The notes under the pieces were generated by a model. It searched no databases and was not told where the DNA came from. It saw only the letters and a list, made by a program, of their open reading frames with translations. 64,000 nucleotides of DNA. Source: a virus. Numbering within the stretch: position 1 is the first letter of the stretch; each line of letters starts with the position of its first letter. Below, in pieces: positions 46,178 through 56,458 of the stretch. Location of the stretch: IMG/VR virus record IMGVR_UViG_3300025000_000067, positions 1 through 64,000 of that record; one strand, written 5' to 3'. The translations under genes and the position numbers were made by a program.

Positions 46178-46996
46178 ATGTTTGTAATTTGTATGAATGA
46201 CTATCCAGTGGCCACGGCTGAAACTGAACAGAAAGCATCGAAGGCCCGGGCTTATATTCAAAGGATTTATGACATGCTGTGTATAGCTAGCTCACAATAT
46301 GGGAGTAAAATTTATATCCATATACATGAAGTACCTGAAATTTCAACAGTAGAGGATTATCACAATGTCTTTATAAAGTCGGGGGGAGGGCAGTACCAAC
46401 ATATTCTAAATAACCTGATGCACCGAGTATCGTACCCATTAACTAGCACTGTACCTATACTTAATGCAGAAGAGGCTACTGACCTATTCAAGAACTTTCG
46501 GAAAACGTACCCGACCATTGATGAATTCATTAAGCGTACACAAGCTGAAGGCTGGTCTGTTAGCTCTAAAGAGGAAATCAAGGAAGATATTAATTACTGG
46601 AATGTAGCTAGATCATATATGGTGCGTAGTAACTGTTTAAAAAGGCAGTACGGATGTGTCATTGTCCGAGCGGACGGGGTTGTAGCTTCTATGGGGTGTA
46701 ACAAAAGCCGTGTGCCTTGCACCACTTGTGCTAGGGAAAATGTTGATCATAATTCCGGAGACTATGCAGGGTGCCCGGCTATCCACGCTGAGCAAATGGC
46801 TCTTATGAAAGCTAGTGCCCATAACTTGAAAGGGGCTAAGCTTTACCTAGTTAGTAATGACAACCTAAATGTAACATGCTGCCCTACCTGTCAAAACATA
46901 ATGAACTGGTATGGAGTAACTCAAGTAACGGAGGTGTTAATAACGGAGGTGTTAATAACGGAGGTGTTAATAACGGATGAAAGTCAAGAAAATTGA
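46178..46996 (+). CDS. dCMP deaminase-domain fusion protein
   Basis: RSNCLKRQYGCVIV, GCN, IHAEQMAL, CCPTC. Confidence 0.8.
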   Translation: MFVICMNDYPVATAETEQKASKARAYIQRIYDMLCIASSQYGSKIYIHIHEVPEISTVEDYHNVFIKSGGGQYQHILNNLMHRVSYPLTSTVPILNAEEATDLFKNFRKTYPTIDEFIKRTQAEGWSVSSKEEIKEDINYWNVARSYMVRSNCLKRQYGCVIVRADGVVASMGCNKSRVPCTTCARENVDHNSGDYAGCPAIHAEQMALMKASAHNLKGAKLYLVSNDNLNVTCCPTCQNIMNWYGVTQVTEVLITEVLITEVLITDESQEN

Positions 46997-47171
46997 AAAG
47001 CGAATATCTGATGCACTTATAGCAGCACGAATGACTAATGCATCATTTGGCTTTGGTGCTAAAACTTCACAGGACATTATTGCAACAACAAAACCATATA
47101 GAGATACCTATATCATAGGACCTCTAGAAGAGGCCTTAAAACTTCTTCGTGAGGGCAAGCGTCATGATTAG
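46977..47171 (+). CDS. hypothetical protein
   Basis: GGAGGTG RBS. Confidence 0.55.
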   Translation: MKVKKIEKRISDALIAARMTNASFGFGAKTSQDIIATTKPYRDTYIIGPLEEALKLLREGKRHD

Positions 47172-48303
47172 GGATTGGCATTGTCCTGAAGGATGCACGG
47201 GTGTAGCCCTTTATCAAGGTGCGTGTCCCGATGATCTAGGTCCAGATGAACCATGTGTTAATGGAATCCTTGATGATGAGGAGTACAAAGCTTCAGAAGA
47301 TTCAAGAGATGTTCCTACGCTATTCAAAACTGAGGAGGAGATACAGACAATGGTTGACTTTAACAAGCTGAGAGCTAATAGGGACCAGAAGGATAGGAGA
47401 ACTCAACAGAAGACATCGGGAGTGGTTAAACCGCTCCCTCGGACTTTTGTTGTATTAGACCTAGAGACAACGGGTTTTGATCGTGTTAATGACCGAATCA
47501 TTGAAATCGGCGCGGTGAGATTTACAGATGGTGAGCCTGTGGCCATATTTAATACACTCGTTAACCCAGAAGTGCTTGTAAGTGAAGAGATAACTAAACT
47601 TACAGGGCATACCAACGAGGACCTTCTGAAGGGCATGAGTGAAGATCACGCAATTATCACCTTAATATACTTTCTTCGAAGTGAGCCTATCGTTGGCCAC
47701 AATGTTCTTTTTGACTATGAGCTATTCTACCGGGCTGCTGGAAGAATTGAATGTGGTGTGTGTAACCCCTTAATCGATACACTCACCATTGCACGAGACA
47801 GGCACAAGTACCCTCACAAGCTCCCAGATATGTGTAAGAGGTATAATGTTCACCAAGAAGGCTGGCATAGTGCTTATTTCGATGCCCTAGCATGCGGGGA
47901 CCTGTTACTCGCTATGCACGCAGAGGATAAAAACTACCCCGAGGGTAAACAGGTAGCTGACTATACAAATGTGATTGGTTGGAAGAGGCAGTATGGAGAA
48001 CCTAAGTGGGGACCATCATGGGTAACACTCAAAGGGCAGGGTGATATGCATGTTCAAGAAGGTCCTCGGAAGGCTAGGCAGGTTATGGTGCCTAAGCATG
48101 ATAAACCAGATGCTAAGTGGTTCGGCAAAGGGTGTGCATATCAGGCATGCCAATTTGAAGAAAGTGGTGTTCAAGGGGAAGGTGTAGGTTTTCCAGTACT
48201 GACTGCCTGTAGCCATCCTGAAGCATCACAAAGCATACGAGAAGATAATTGCCAAGCCAACATGCTCTGTCCTATGGGTCTAAGTGATGACCTCCCATTT
48301 TGA
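47164..48303 (+). CDS. DEDDh 3'-5' exonuclease (DNA pol III epsilon-like) with Cys-rich flanks
   Basis: VLDLETTG, IIEIGAV, GHNVLFD, IDTL, HSAYFDA. Confidence 0.9.
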   Translation: MIRDWHCPEGCTGVALYQGACPDDLGPDEPCVNGILDDEEYKASEDSRDVPTLFKTEEEIQTMVDFNKLRANRDQKDRRTQQKTSGVVKPLPRTFVVLDLETTGFDRVNDRIIEIGAVRFTDGEPVAIFNTLVNPEVLVSEEITKLTGHTNEDLLKGMSEDHAIITLIYFLRSEPIVGHNVLFDYELFYRAAGRIECGVCNPLIDTLTIARDRHKYPHKLPDMCKRYNVHQEGWHSAYFDALACGDLLLAMHAEDKNYPEGKQVADYTNVIGWKRQYGEPKWGPSWVTLKGQGDMHVQEGPRKARQVMVPKHDKPDAKWFGKGCAYQACQFEESGVQGEGVGFPVLTACSHPEASQSIREDNCQANMLCPMGLSDDLPF

Positions 48304-48324
48304 AAGAAAGGAGTTGAATCTCCT

Positions 48325-48735
48325 GTGGACATGACCCCACACCAAGTACGGGTCTGTAAGAACTGTAAAAATAGGTTTGTTATAGCCTGCGCTTGTTATG
48401 ACAAAAAGCACTGGGAACTTAATTTAGAATGCTATGGCTGTACTCATTGCTTTAACAAAAGTTCCACGGACACTGTAATGTGCTACAGGTGCAATAACTT
48501 TAGTAAAAAGATTATTAAGCTAAAACCAAAAGGAGTTGATGATACAGTGGCAAATATCAAAATTGAGTACAGTGCAACGGACCTAAAAAATCTCGTACTG
48601 AAGGACCTGCAGGAAAAATTCCCAAACCAAAAGATTGAGCTGCATCGAGTAAACATTGAAACTAAGTCTAAGCAGAATTATAAGTCTGAGTGGGAGACTG
48701 CTGATTTTAGAGCTAGTATTAATGTAAATATTTAG
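48325..48735 (+). CDS. hypothetical protein (Cys-rich N-terminus; possible internal start)
   Basis: CxxC pairs; KSKQNYKSEWETADF. Confidence 0.55.
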   Translation: MDMTPHQVRVCKNCKNRFVIACACYDKKHWELNLECYGCTHCFNKSSTDTVMCYRCNNFSKKIIKLKPKGVDDTVANIKIEYSATDLKNLVLKDLQEKFPNQKIELHRVNIETKSKQNYKSEWETADFRASINVNI

Positions 48736-48752
48736 AGAGGAGTTGATTACTG

Positions 48753-48920
48753 ATGAAAGCTGAGGACTTAGATAGCAAGGCTAATGAAAACGAAACATTT
48801 CGCCAATTTATTCAATACGGTGAAAAAGAGTTTGGTTTAGAGCCACAAGACTTAAATTCAATGTCTGAACAAGAATTAACCGATTATTTAGATTTAATAG
48901 ATTATCTGTGGACTAAGTAA
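48753..48920 (+). CDS. 55-aa acidic protein
   Basis: GAGGAG RBS; ETFRQFI..ELTDYLDLIDYLWTK. Confidence 0.6.
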   Translation: MKAEDLDSKANENETFRQFIQYGEKEFGLEPQDLNSMSEQELTDYLDLIDYLWTK

Positions 48921-48935
48921 AGGAGTTGAATACCT

Positions 48936-50243
48936 ATGCCTCACTGTAAGTGCACACAAACTGACCAAACATGTAAATGTAACGGATGTGCCGAAGCTTT
49001 TGACTGTGATCTATGCCCTGAGCACGGATGTCAGAAGAACCCAGTAAACGGGGCTAGAACAAGCATGTTCCTATGCTTCTATACGCTTAAGCCAGGATAT
49101 AGAGAGGCATGGAAAAAATTAAATAAGGGAGCTGAGAGCTGATGCTATCTAAAACATGTAGTGAAGTTAAAGCAGGGTTGGAGGGTCCTTGTATCCAGCA
49201 TATAGAAAACACTTGCTTATGCTTAGACTGCTCAGAGAGTGGGGACTGTCTTTTATGCCCTAAACACGGGTGCCCTGTGTACCCACAAGATCATAACTTT
49301 ATAGCTGATGTAGAGTTTCAAGGAAACAATGGTGGGGATTATGTGAAGATAAGCCAGACTGTAGGTCAATCTAAAGAATCATGTCTTAATATTGAAGTCG
49401 GTCATTGCTGCGTTGTTACCCTTAGGGCAGTTGTCCCTGTTGAGTTTCTAACATCACTTATTACTAAGTTCATGTTTACCGATACAGAGGGTATGTCAAG
49501 AGCCACGGATGATAAGCTGTCTGACTTTGCTAGAGAAATCATGGACGAATGGCCTAAGGACTTTGTAGATGAGAGGTTGTCTAAAATAGTTGAAGGAGGT
49601 TTTTGGAATGCCTAAAACGTGTACTGATGTTGTAACCAGTCCTAATGGTAATCCTCTAGATTGTCTAAACTGTAGGTGCGTAGGGTGTGGGGAGTATAAA
49701 GATCCCTATAATGCAAACTGTGACTTATACCCAGAGCACGGGTGCCCTAAGTACCCACTAATACCTGAACCTGAGAAATGGTCCTATAACTTTACTGAAG
49801 ACGGTCTATGGGATAATGAAGTCTTTGAAACAGGTGAAGAAGCTTACGAGGCTGGTAAAGCGGAAGCCCTAGATCGTGGGGGCGATACCTTCTACATTGG
49901 CCAGTTGGTGCCTATCACTATTTCTAGTAATGCTGCTGTTGATGTAGATGGGATATTTGATCTAATATCCCAACAATTAGACGATGAGTATGGGTCAGAC
50001 TTCGAGCACGGTGAGCGGTGGTACGATGCCATTACATCCGATGATAAGCTCACCTTGGAGGAGATGCTTAATGCAGCGTTCCACGAGTGGCTTCAGAAGA
50101 CCAGCAACCAACCTACGAGTTTAACGATTATTGACATTGATGAGTACTGCAAGACTGCAAACACATGGGTAGAGAAGCTTAGTACGCAGAAGGCAAAGAG
50201 GCTAAGTGAAAAATTAGGGGAGGATATGCTAAATGAAAACTGA
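48936..50243 (+). CDS. three genes (48936-49142, 49142-49615, 49608-50243) sharing a Cys/His module
   Basis: CxCxxCxE..CxL(C/Y)P(E/K)HGC in each. Confidence 0.65.
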
Positions 50244-50658
50244 TATTGAAGTACTCCGGTTCGGGTATAATGATGAACTGTATGCCGTTGTAGAGAAGCT
50301 GAAAGATGTGCATAAAGAGGATCCTACGTCACTACGCATCTTCGAAGTTGAGGGGGAAACTCGACCTCCTAAAGATCTATACATTTATGGATCGGCTAGT
50401 GTTCAGAAGCTCAGGGACTTCTTAAACAGCTTATACGAGCCAGCTAAACACACCAAGGATTGCTCCTGCATTGACTGCATCAATACATCAGCTATGCGAA
50501 TGCTGTTGCAGGAGGCAGTTAAGCTCTTTGAGGGGTTAGATCTTAACCGGGATAGGGCAAATTCTTGGATAGTTAATCTCAGTGAACATGGTCTGCTATA
50601 TGCTGATATTCTAAGGTTAAAAGGGTCCATAAGAGACTTACTAGAGCCCCAAGAATAG
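50233..50658 (+). CDS. hypothetical protein
   Basis: coupled ORF, terminator follows. Confidence 0.6.
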   Translation: MKTDIEVLRFGYNDELYAVVEKLKDVHKEDPTSLRIFEVEGETRPPKDLYIYGSASVQKLRDFLNSLYEPAKHTKDCSCIDCINTSAMRMLLQEAVKLFEGLDLNRDRANSWIVNLSEHGLLYADILRLKGSIRDLLEPQE

Positions 50659-50682
50659 GGGCTCTTTTCCTTTACTTAGTAT

Positions 50683-50868
50683 GTGGGCAAGCTTACTAAA
50701 ATAAAAGGAGTGGTTCGTACTATGCTAGAGGGTATCAGTGGAATAATTGAGGTCTTTGTTACAGTATTTAAAGATTCAAAATATTTTGTTAAATCATTCA
50801 CTATAGAGGATGTCTGGGGTGGCATAGCCCTAGTGACTGTGCTGTTCGTGCTAAGTATTTTACTATAA
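50683..50868 (+). CDS. small membrane protein (likely start 50721)
   Basis: C-terminal TM segment. Confidence 0.5.
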   Translation: MGKLTKIKGVVRTMLEGISGIIEVFVTVFKDSKYFVKSFTIEDVWGGIALVTVLFVLSILL

Positions 50869-50958
50869 ATACTTGTCTATATTTGTTCATCGTTGTATAC
50901 TACTTAACAGGGGGATTTTAGGAAGAACTAAAATTTTTAAAGGGATGGTGGACAAGCT

Positions 50959-52279
50959 ATGCCAGTTAAATATCCCAGGCCGGCAGCCGGAGCTGTTGCA
51001 GAACAAACGGATACCTATGTCAAGAAAGAGAAGCACCAAGTGGAATTAACTAAGAACCTACGGAAGCCTAGTGTCACTAAAGCTAAAGAGCCTGTAACTG
51101 ATTGGTTTATACTTCAGGCAGGTGATGACCCGGGTCCAGGAGATGGTACAGAATGGGTATGGAGAAATGACTTTAAGTCCATTCATAGGGGAACTAGAAA
51201 AGAGTGCTTGGATTATATAGTGACCTATAAGCGTAAGAACCCAAAGGATACAACTGAGATGTTCTTGGCCCATGGGTTAAAGGTGATCTAATAAAGAGGA
51301 AGAGGAGCTGGCGAATATGAAAGAGATGGATGTACTACTAGCACGAAAGCTGCTGATTACTCTAGGTGTACTTACTGAAGTCGATGAGCAGGAGAACGGT
51401 GAGATTATTGCTGTACTTACTGCTGAAGACATGGCTGCTTATGAGGATCTTGCTTCACAGGCTGCAGAGATTCGTAATTTAGAGAAGTTACTAAAAGAAC
51501 TTAAGGTTAAAATCAATACGAAAGTACTTGTGCATAATGCCCGTCGGGATATGTGGTGGAACTGCATAGAAATGCGACATGGAGTAACCAAAGAGCAGAG
51601 CACCACTGGATTGCACGTTGATAGGATAAACAATGCACTAAGAAAAGGTATACTGGCTGACAATACCTATGGAATTAATCGGACTTAAGTTAAGAAGAGG
51701 AGGAATTTATCCATGAGTAATACTATTGCAGTGAGTTCTTCAGATTACAAAGAATCAGGTTGTGTAAAGTGTGGTTGTGAGTACTGTTATGGACAGGGTA
51801 TAAGTGGTGGAGGCACGACACCTGTAGTATGTGGAGAGTGTGAGACACGATTTATTATCCTTGCAGAAGGCTTAACCAAGTCAAGGATAGGCTTTGGATC
51901 TGGGGATGGCCCCGCATCGTACCCTGAGCTACAAGCACACCCACGAAAAGGTACTCCTAATCATCCATATATAAGACCTGATGTAAAGCCAGAGGGTGGT
52001 GGTGAATACTGGGCACCACGGGGCGTAGGGTATGACCTATCGGGCTTCGTCAAATGTAAGGAGGCCGGGGAGCGTATTGTTAAAATGGTGGAAAAAGGCA
52101 TTGGAAGAACTCCCAAAACTTGGCTAGACTACAGACCATCGGAACCTAAATGGGTACAGGTAAAAGTTCAAGCTGTCGATGGGATTAACCTTGAAACGCT
52201 GTGTGATTTATGCAAAGATGGAATCATAACGGAGCAGAGGATAATTACATCCTTAACCATTGAAGCTCTGACTAAGTGA
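50959..52279 (+). CDS. three hypothetical genes (50959-51291, 51317-51688, 51713-52279)
   Basis: each with an RBS; promoter TTGTCT-N17-TATACT upstream; the last has CxxC pairs. Confidence 0.6.
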
Positions 52280-52788
52280 TCTTCTGAAGCCCTAGTGCCA
52301 CAAGGCATTGGGGCTTTTCCTATACCCGCTCAATGCCCTCTCATATATGCCTTTGACGAATGTTACATAATAAGCATATGTAACATTCAGGTTTAAGTGG
52401 GGGGTGCTCCTATACTCCTAGATGCCTCCTATAAATGGGCTAAAAATCCATGACAGAATACTCTGACAGGGTTTATGCAGTCGAGTGCATAATTATGCAT
52501 AGGTGTTTTCTTGCAATTCTTAGGAGCCTATAGTATAGTATAGGGATTTTTAAAATGGGGTGTTTTCATGTGAAAAGGAAAAATGTTACAAGTAGCTGTA
52601 ACCCTTGGTATCGCTGGGTTTGGGCATTTATTACAAAAGTATCCATGTAAAAAATTAGGATATTTTTAAGATGGGGTGAGAGGCTCAGAGAATTGGACTA
52701 ATGGTCTGACTATTGGTAAGACGAAATTGTAAATAAATGGAGCCAAAAATGGGGGCAAAATGAGGCCTTTTTGCCTTTTTGAAAAAAA

Positions 52789-53000
52789 TTTTCTCGATTA
52801 CGTACGAGTTGGTAAGTAATTATTAAAGACACAAAGAAAAAAGGGGTCTATAAAAAAAAAAAATGGTTTTTGTACCAATACTGCAAATTTGTTCATAGTT
52901 GTTCATAAAAAAGTGCACAAAAAAATAAAAAAAAAATTTGCAAAAAATAAAACGCTTGGCACCTGATAATTACGTATCAACTCGTACGTAATCGAGAAAA
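52789..53000. repeat. AT-rich element B; inverted homolog of element A
   Basis: 52797-52820 ATTACGTA-CGAGTTGG-TAAGTAAT and 52969-52992 ATTACGTA-TCAACTCG-TACGTAAT; ~32-bp inverted arms around poly-A tracts. Confidence 0.85.
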
Positions 53001-53301
53001 CCTTGAAAACAGTTAAAATGACCTATTTTTGAAATATATTTTAAAAATGTAGTGTATAAAGTGCATAAAAATTCATAAGAAAACGACAAAGGAAATAAGT
53101 ACTTTAAGGATGAAAAAATAGTTTTATTTATATTAGGTTTATTTTTTATTTCTTCTTATATATGTATTTTAAAATTGTTTGTTCAAAGTTGTGAACTATT
53201 GTCTATCAATTTTCTTATAGATGTGGTAAAATACTCCATAGAATTCCTCGGACGCAGGTCCTGGGAGTCCCTATACACCTAGGGAGGAGGCGATTTTACC
53301 C

Positions 53302-54123
53302 ATGGGGCATAAACTAATATCTAAGATAAAGCAGGCTGCAAAACCTGTTAAGTATACACCTGAAGAAATAGCAGTAGCAGAGGCCCCAAAAATAGCTAAA
53401 GGGAAAAGACAACGCATGCAACTAAATATGCCCGTCCCTGCCACACAGACTAGGGTTATAGCTGTTAGCAAAAGAAAAAACCCCATAACAGCACGCAAAG
53501 TACTAACGGGCAAGTCTCCGAAGTATGTGCAGCTTGAGGTTAGAGGTTCTGGCGATAAGGTATATACAATTGTCGTTCCTGCTAGCTACAAGAACGTGAT
53601 ACCGAAGACCTGGAGATGGAACCCTAGGCGCTACAAGGCTGCTGATATGATAGGTGCTGGGCATCCTATTACCCAAATAGCTAAAGTGCTAGGCATGCAT
53701 AAGTCTATGATCTATGCATGGTTGCAGCATCCAGAGTTCAAGGGTCATGTTAATGGGCTCGTGATGGAGACAGGATGGGCCAATAAGCAGGAGCGGATTG
53801 CAGGGCTTAACAAAGTGACCCGCTTACTCTTTGATAAGGTTGTAGCGGAGATTGATGGGGTTAACTTAACAGATAAGTCTATTGGCCCAGTGCTAACAGC
53901 CATCCAAACGATTGCCAAGCAGATCGCTCAAGAAAAAGATGAATTTGTAGAGCAATCGAAGGTGGAGCAGAATACCAACTTGAGCGGTGTCGTTGGTATA
54001 GCTATCGCTAATATTGATACTATAATGGCCAGCAAAAGCGCTGAAGAACGAAGGGCTTTAGAAGCCCAGTTTAAAGATGTCAGTGATGATGTGATTCGGG
54101 GTATCACTGGTGAGAAGGAGTAG
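53302..54123 (+). CDS. probable terminase small subunit (HTH)
   Basis: ITQIAKVLGMHKSMIYAWLQHPEF HTH; upstream of the large terminase. Confidence 0.65.
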   Translation: MGHKLISKIKQAAKPVKYTPEEIAVAEAPKIAKGKRQRMQLNMPVPATQTRVIAVSKRKNPITARKVLTGKSPKYVQLEVRGSGDKVYTIVVPASYKNVIPKTWRWNPRRYKAADMIGAGHPITQIAKVLGMHKSMIYAWLQHPEFKGHVNGLVMETGWANKQERIAGLNKVTRLLFDKVVAEIDGVNLTDKSIGPVLTAIQTIAKQIAQEKDEFVEQSKVEQNTNLSGVVGIAIANIDTIMASKSAEERRALEAQFKDVSDDVIRGITGEKE

Positions 54124-54130
54124 AGGGAAT

Positions 54131-54406
54131 ATGAAAATATACATTGCTGGTGCTATAACAGGCAATGAAAATTATCAAGCAGAATTTGCACAGGCTGAGA
54201 AAGAGTTAACGGAATTAGGGAACACAGTGCTTAATCCTGCACTACTACCTAAAGGATTTACACAAGAGGAGTACATGAGTGTATGTATCCCAATGCTTAA
54301 TATTTGTGAGGCGATATACCTACTACGTGGCTGGGAGCCTAGTATTGGTGCAAATATTGGAAAGCTACATGCAGAGCATGTAGGGAAGATAGTTATCTTC
54401 GAATAG
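54131..54406 (+). CDS. DUF4406 family protein
   Basis: KIYIAGAITG..F..AE..VLNPA..YM..C.AIYLL.GWE.S.GA. Confidence 0.85.
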   Translation: MKIYIAGAITGNENYQAEFAQAEKELTELGNTVLNPALLPKGFTQEEYMSVCIPMLNICEAIYLLRGWEPSIGANIGKLHAEHVGKIVIFE

Positions 54407-54495
54407 TAGTTGTTAAACAACCTGCACAACGCCATAGAGTGGACAAACTATGGCTATGAGCGGGTTCGTGTTAAACGAATGAGTAAACAGGGGGA

Positions 54496-54872
54496 ATGAT
54501 TGTCGTGCCTAAGATTTGTCAAGTATGCAATGTTACCTATGGAAGTACCAACCAAACGAAATGCAGCTACTGTGAGAGGCCTCTTCAAATTGTATCCAGC
54601 CAGGGCATGTGCCCAAACAGCAGTCTGCAACTTCTCCAAGCGGATATGGAGCAGCATAAGAATCCATACTTTGGTACTCACTAATGGCTAATGTGCTGCA
54701 GGAGGAACCTGCTACAACCCATATGCGGAAGTCAAAGCGGTGTAGCCATTGCAACGGTTCAGGCAAGGTTCCAGTATCTTGTATGATACATAATAACCAT
54801 GGGCTACCTACACGACTAGAACTTAAGGAGTCGTGCCCGGTGTGTAAAAGGCATGGGTTTGTGAAGGTATAA
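54496..54872 (+). CDS. two small zinc-finger genes (54496-54684, 54684-54872)
   Basis: CxxC pairs; CSHCNGSG..CPVC. Confidence 0.5.
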
Positions 54873-54888
54873 GAAAAAGATCAACTCG

Positions 54889-55056
54889 TTAAGAGTTGAT
54901 CTTCTGCTGTTGAAGTTTGAACTTAACAGCTAGGTCTTTTATAGCTTCATCTAGTAGTTTAGCAATGGAAATTCTTGAGTCTACTGATAGGTTTTTTAGT
55001 ATTTCGTATGTTTCACGATCAACGGCTGAGCCTAATTTAACCCTATTCTTAAGCAT
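54889..55056 (-). CDS. ribbon-helix-helix regulator (55 aa)
   Basis: GGAGG RBS; MLKNRVKLGSAVDRETYEILKNLSVDSRISIAKLLDEAIKDL. Confidence 0.8.
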   Translation of the reverse strand: MLKNRVKLGSAVDRETYEILKNLSVDSRISIAKLLDEAIKDLAVKFKLQQQKINS

Positions 55057-55190
55057 GGGTAGCCCTCCCTAAAGTGGTATGACTTGTAAGTGGAAGCATT
55101 TAGCAGTATAGTATATCCAAGTAATTACTGTTTATGCTACTAGGAAGTACACTAAATGTCAAACTAAATTAGCAAGGGAGTGGGATTAGG

Positions 55191-55340
55191 ATGTTTAAGA
55201 CAGAGGAACAGGCTCAGGCAGTATTTAGAGTTTTTATTGATGTTGCGCTTAATCGGGAAGTATCTTTAGTTGATCTTATGCAAATTACACCACGACATAT
55301 GGATGTAGAGGCAGCTAAAGATTGGCTTAATTCCATATGA
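55191..55340 (+). CDS. 49-aa hypothetical protein
   Basis: divergent from the RHH gene. Confidence 0.45.
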   Translation: MFKTEEQAQAVFRVFIDVALNREVSLVDLMQITPRHMDVEAAKDWLNSI

Positions 55341-55431
55341 GCACCTGTAATGAGAAAACAGCTATGCGAGTTACATGGTAAGGACACCTATGAAGAGTGC
55401 CTACAAACTATCTTAGGTAATAAGGAGTTAG

Positions 55432-56022
55432 ATGAACAGGTACATACCTATGAATGAATTAACTAAGATAGTTGTTGAAGGCGATATCTTTAAAGTAGAC
55501 AGCAGAATTATTGCTAAAAACTTTGAAAAGGACCACAGGCACGTATTACGAGATATTGATAATCTAATTGCGCAAATAGATGTGTCCAAAATTGGGCACA
55601 TCTCTGAAAGCTATTTTGTGCCAGCTAAGTATGCAGATGTGCATGGTAGGGTACAAAGATTCTATGATATGACTTTTAGAGGTTTTATACTTCTTACTAT
55701 GGGTTTTACAGGGGAAAAGGCATTTGCTTGGAAATTAAAGTACATTGATACTTTTGAGTGGCTGAGACAAGAGTACTTAAAAAAGCTAAAAGTACCTGAG
55801 CATCCCTTTATAAACCTAGCTACTATGACAGGTCTTCAAATGGATGTTTTTGAGCGTTTTGTGCCAGATGGTATGACGCTGAGGGAAGGGGCTTTTTGGT
55901 TTAATACAGACTTCTATAAGGATATAATTAGATCCTATGAAAAGGGAGTAAGGAAGTTTGAGCGTAAACAAGCTAGGCTAAAACAAAAGAAATTAGAATC
56001 ATCTTCAGAAGTTGAGGACTAA
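55432..56022 (+). CDS. Rha family regulatory protein
   Basis: DSRIIAKNFEKDHRHVLRDIDNL..GFILLTMGFTGEKAFAWKLKYIDTF. Confidence 0.92.
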   Translation: MNRYIPMNELTKIVVEGDIFKVDSRIIAKNFEKDHRHVLRDIDNLIAQIDVSKIGHISESYFVPAKYADVHGRVQRFYDMTFRGFILLTMGFTGEKAFAWKLKYIDTFEWLRQEYLKKLKVPEHPFINLATMTGLQMDVFERFVPDGMTLREGAFWFNTDFYKDIIRSYEKGVRKFERKQARLKQKKLESSSEVED

Positions 56023-56251
56023 GGTCAAATAGACCAGAGCATAAAGGAGGAATACACCGATGTATGATGCAGGGACAACTGTATCGATCATCATTGTGCT
56101 TACACTAGGCCTTATGGTCGTTAGCCTAATATTCGCTGTAAAGATCATTCAGCTAAAGAAGGTAATTAAAGCCTTAAGAGCTAAGTATACCAAGATTAGA
56201 GCTTTAGGCCGAAAGCCTAAGTACTATAACTGGTCCTAGAGGGGGAACACT

Positions 56252-56458
56252 ATGTTCAAGGTATCAGACACTTTAATACATGCGATTATTATTCTATCCT
56301 TATCCGGACTAACTGGTCTGCTTGTTGTAGCTGTATTTTATGCGTGGGATTGGGCCTTTACCAAGATACTAGAAGTATTAGGCGTTAAAAAATGCTTCGT
56401 TGAGTTTTTGATTAAAAAATACCGAGATAAGCGAGTGACTAAACAGAAGATGGAATAG
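56252..56458 (+). CDS. small membrane protein
   Basis: single TM segment. Confidence 0.55.
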   Translation: MFKVSDTLIHAIIILSLSGLTGLLVVAVFYAWDWAFTKILEVLGVKKCFVEFLIKKYRDKRVTKQKME

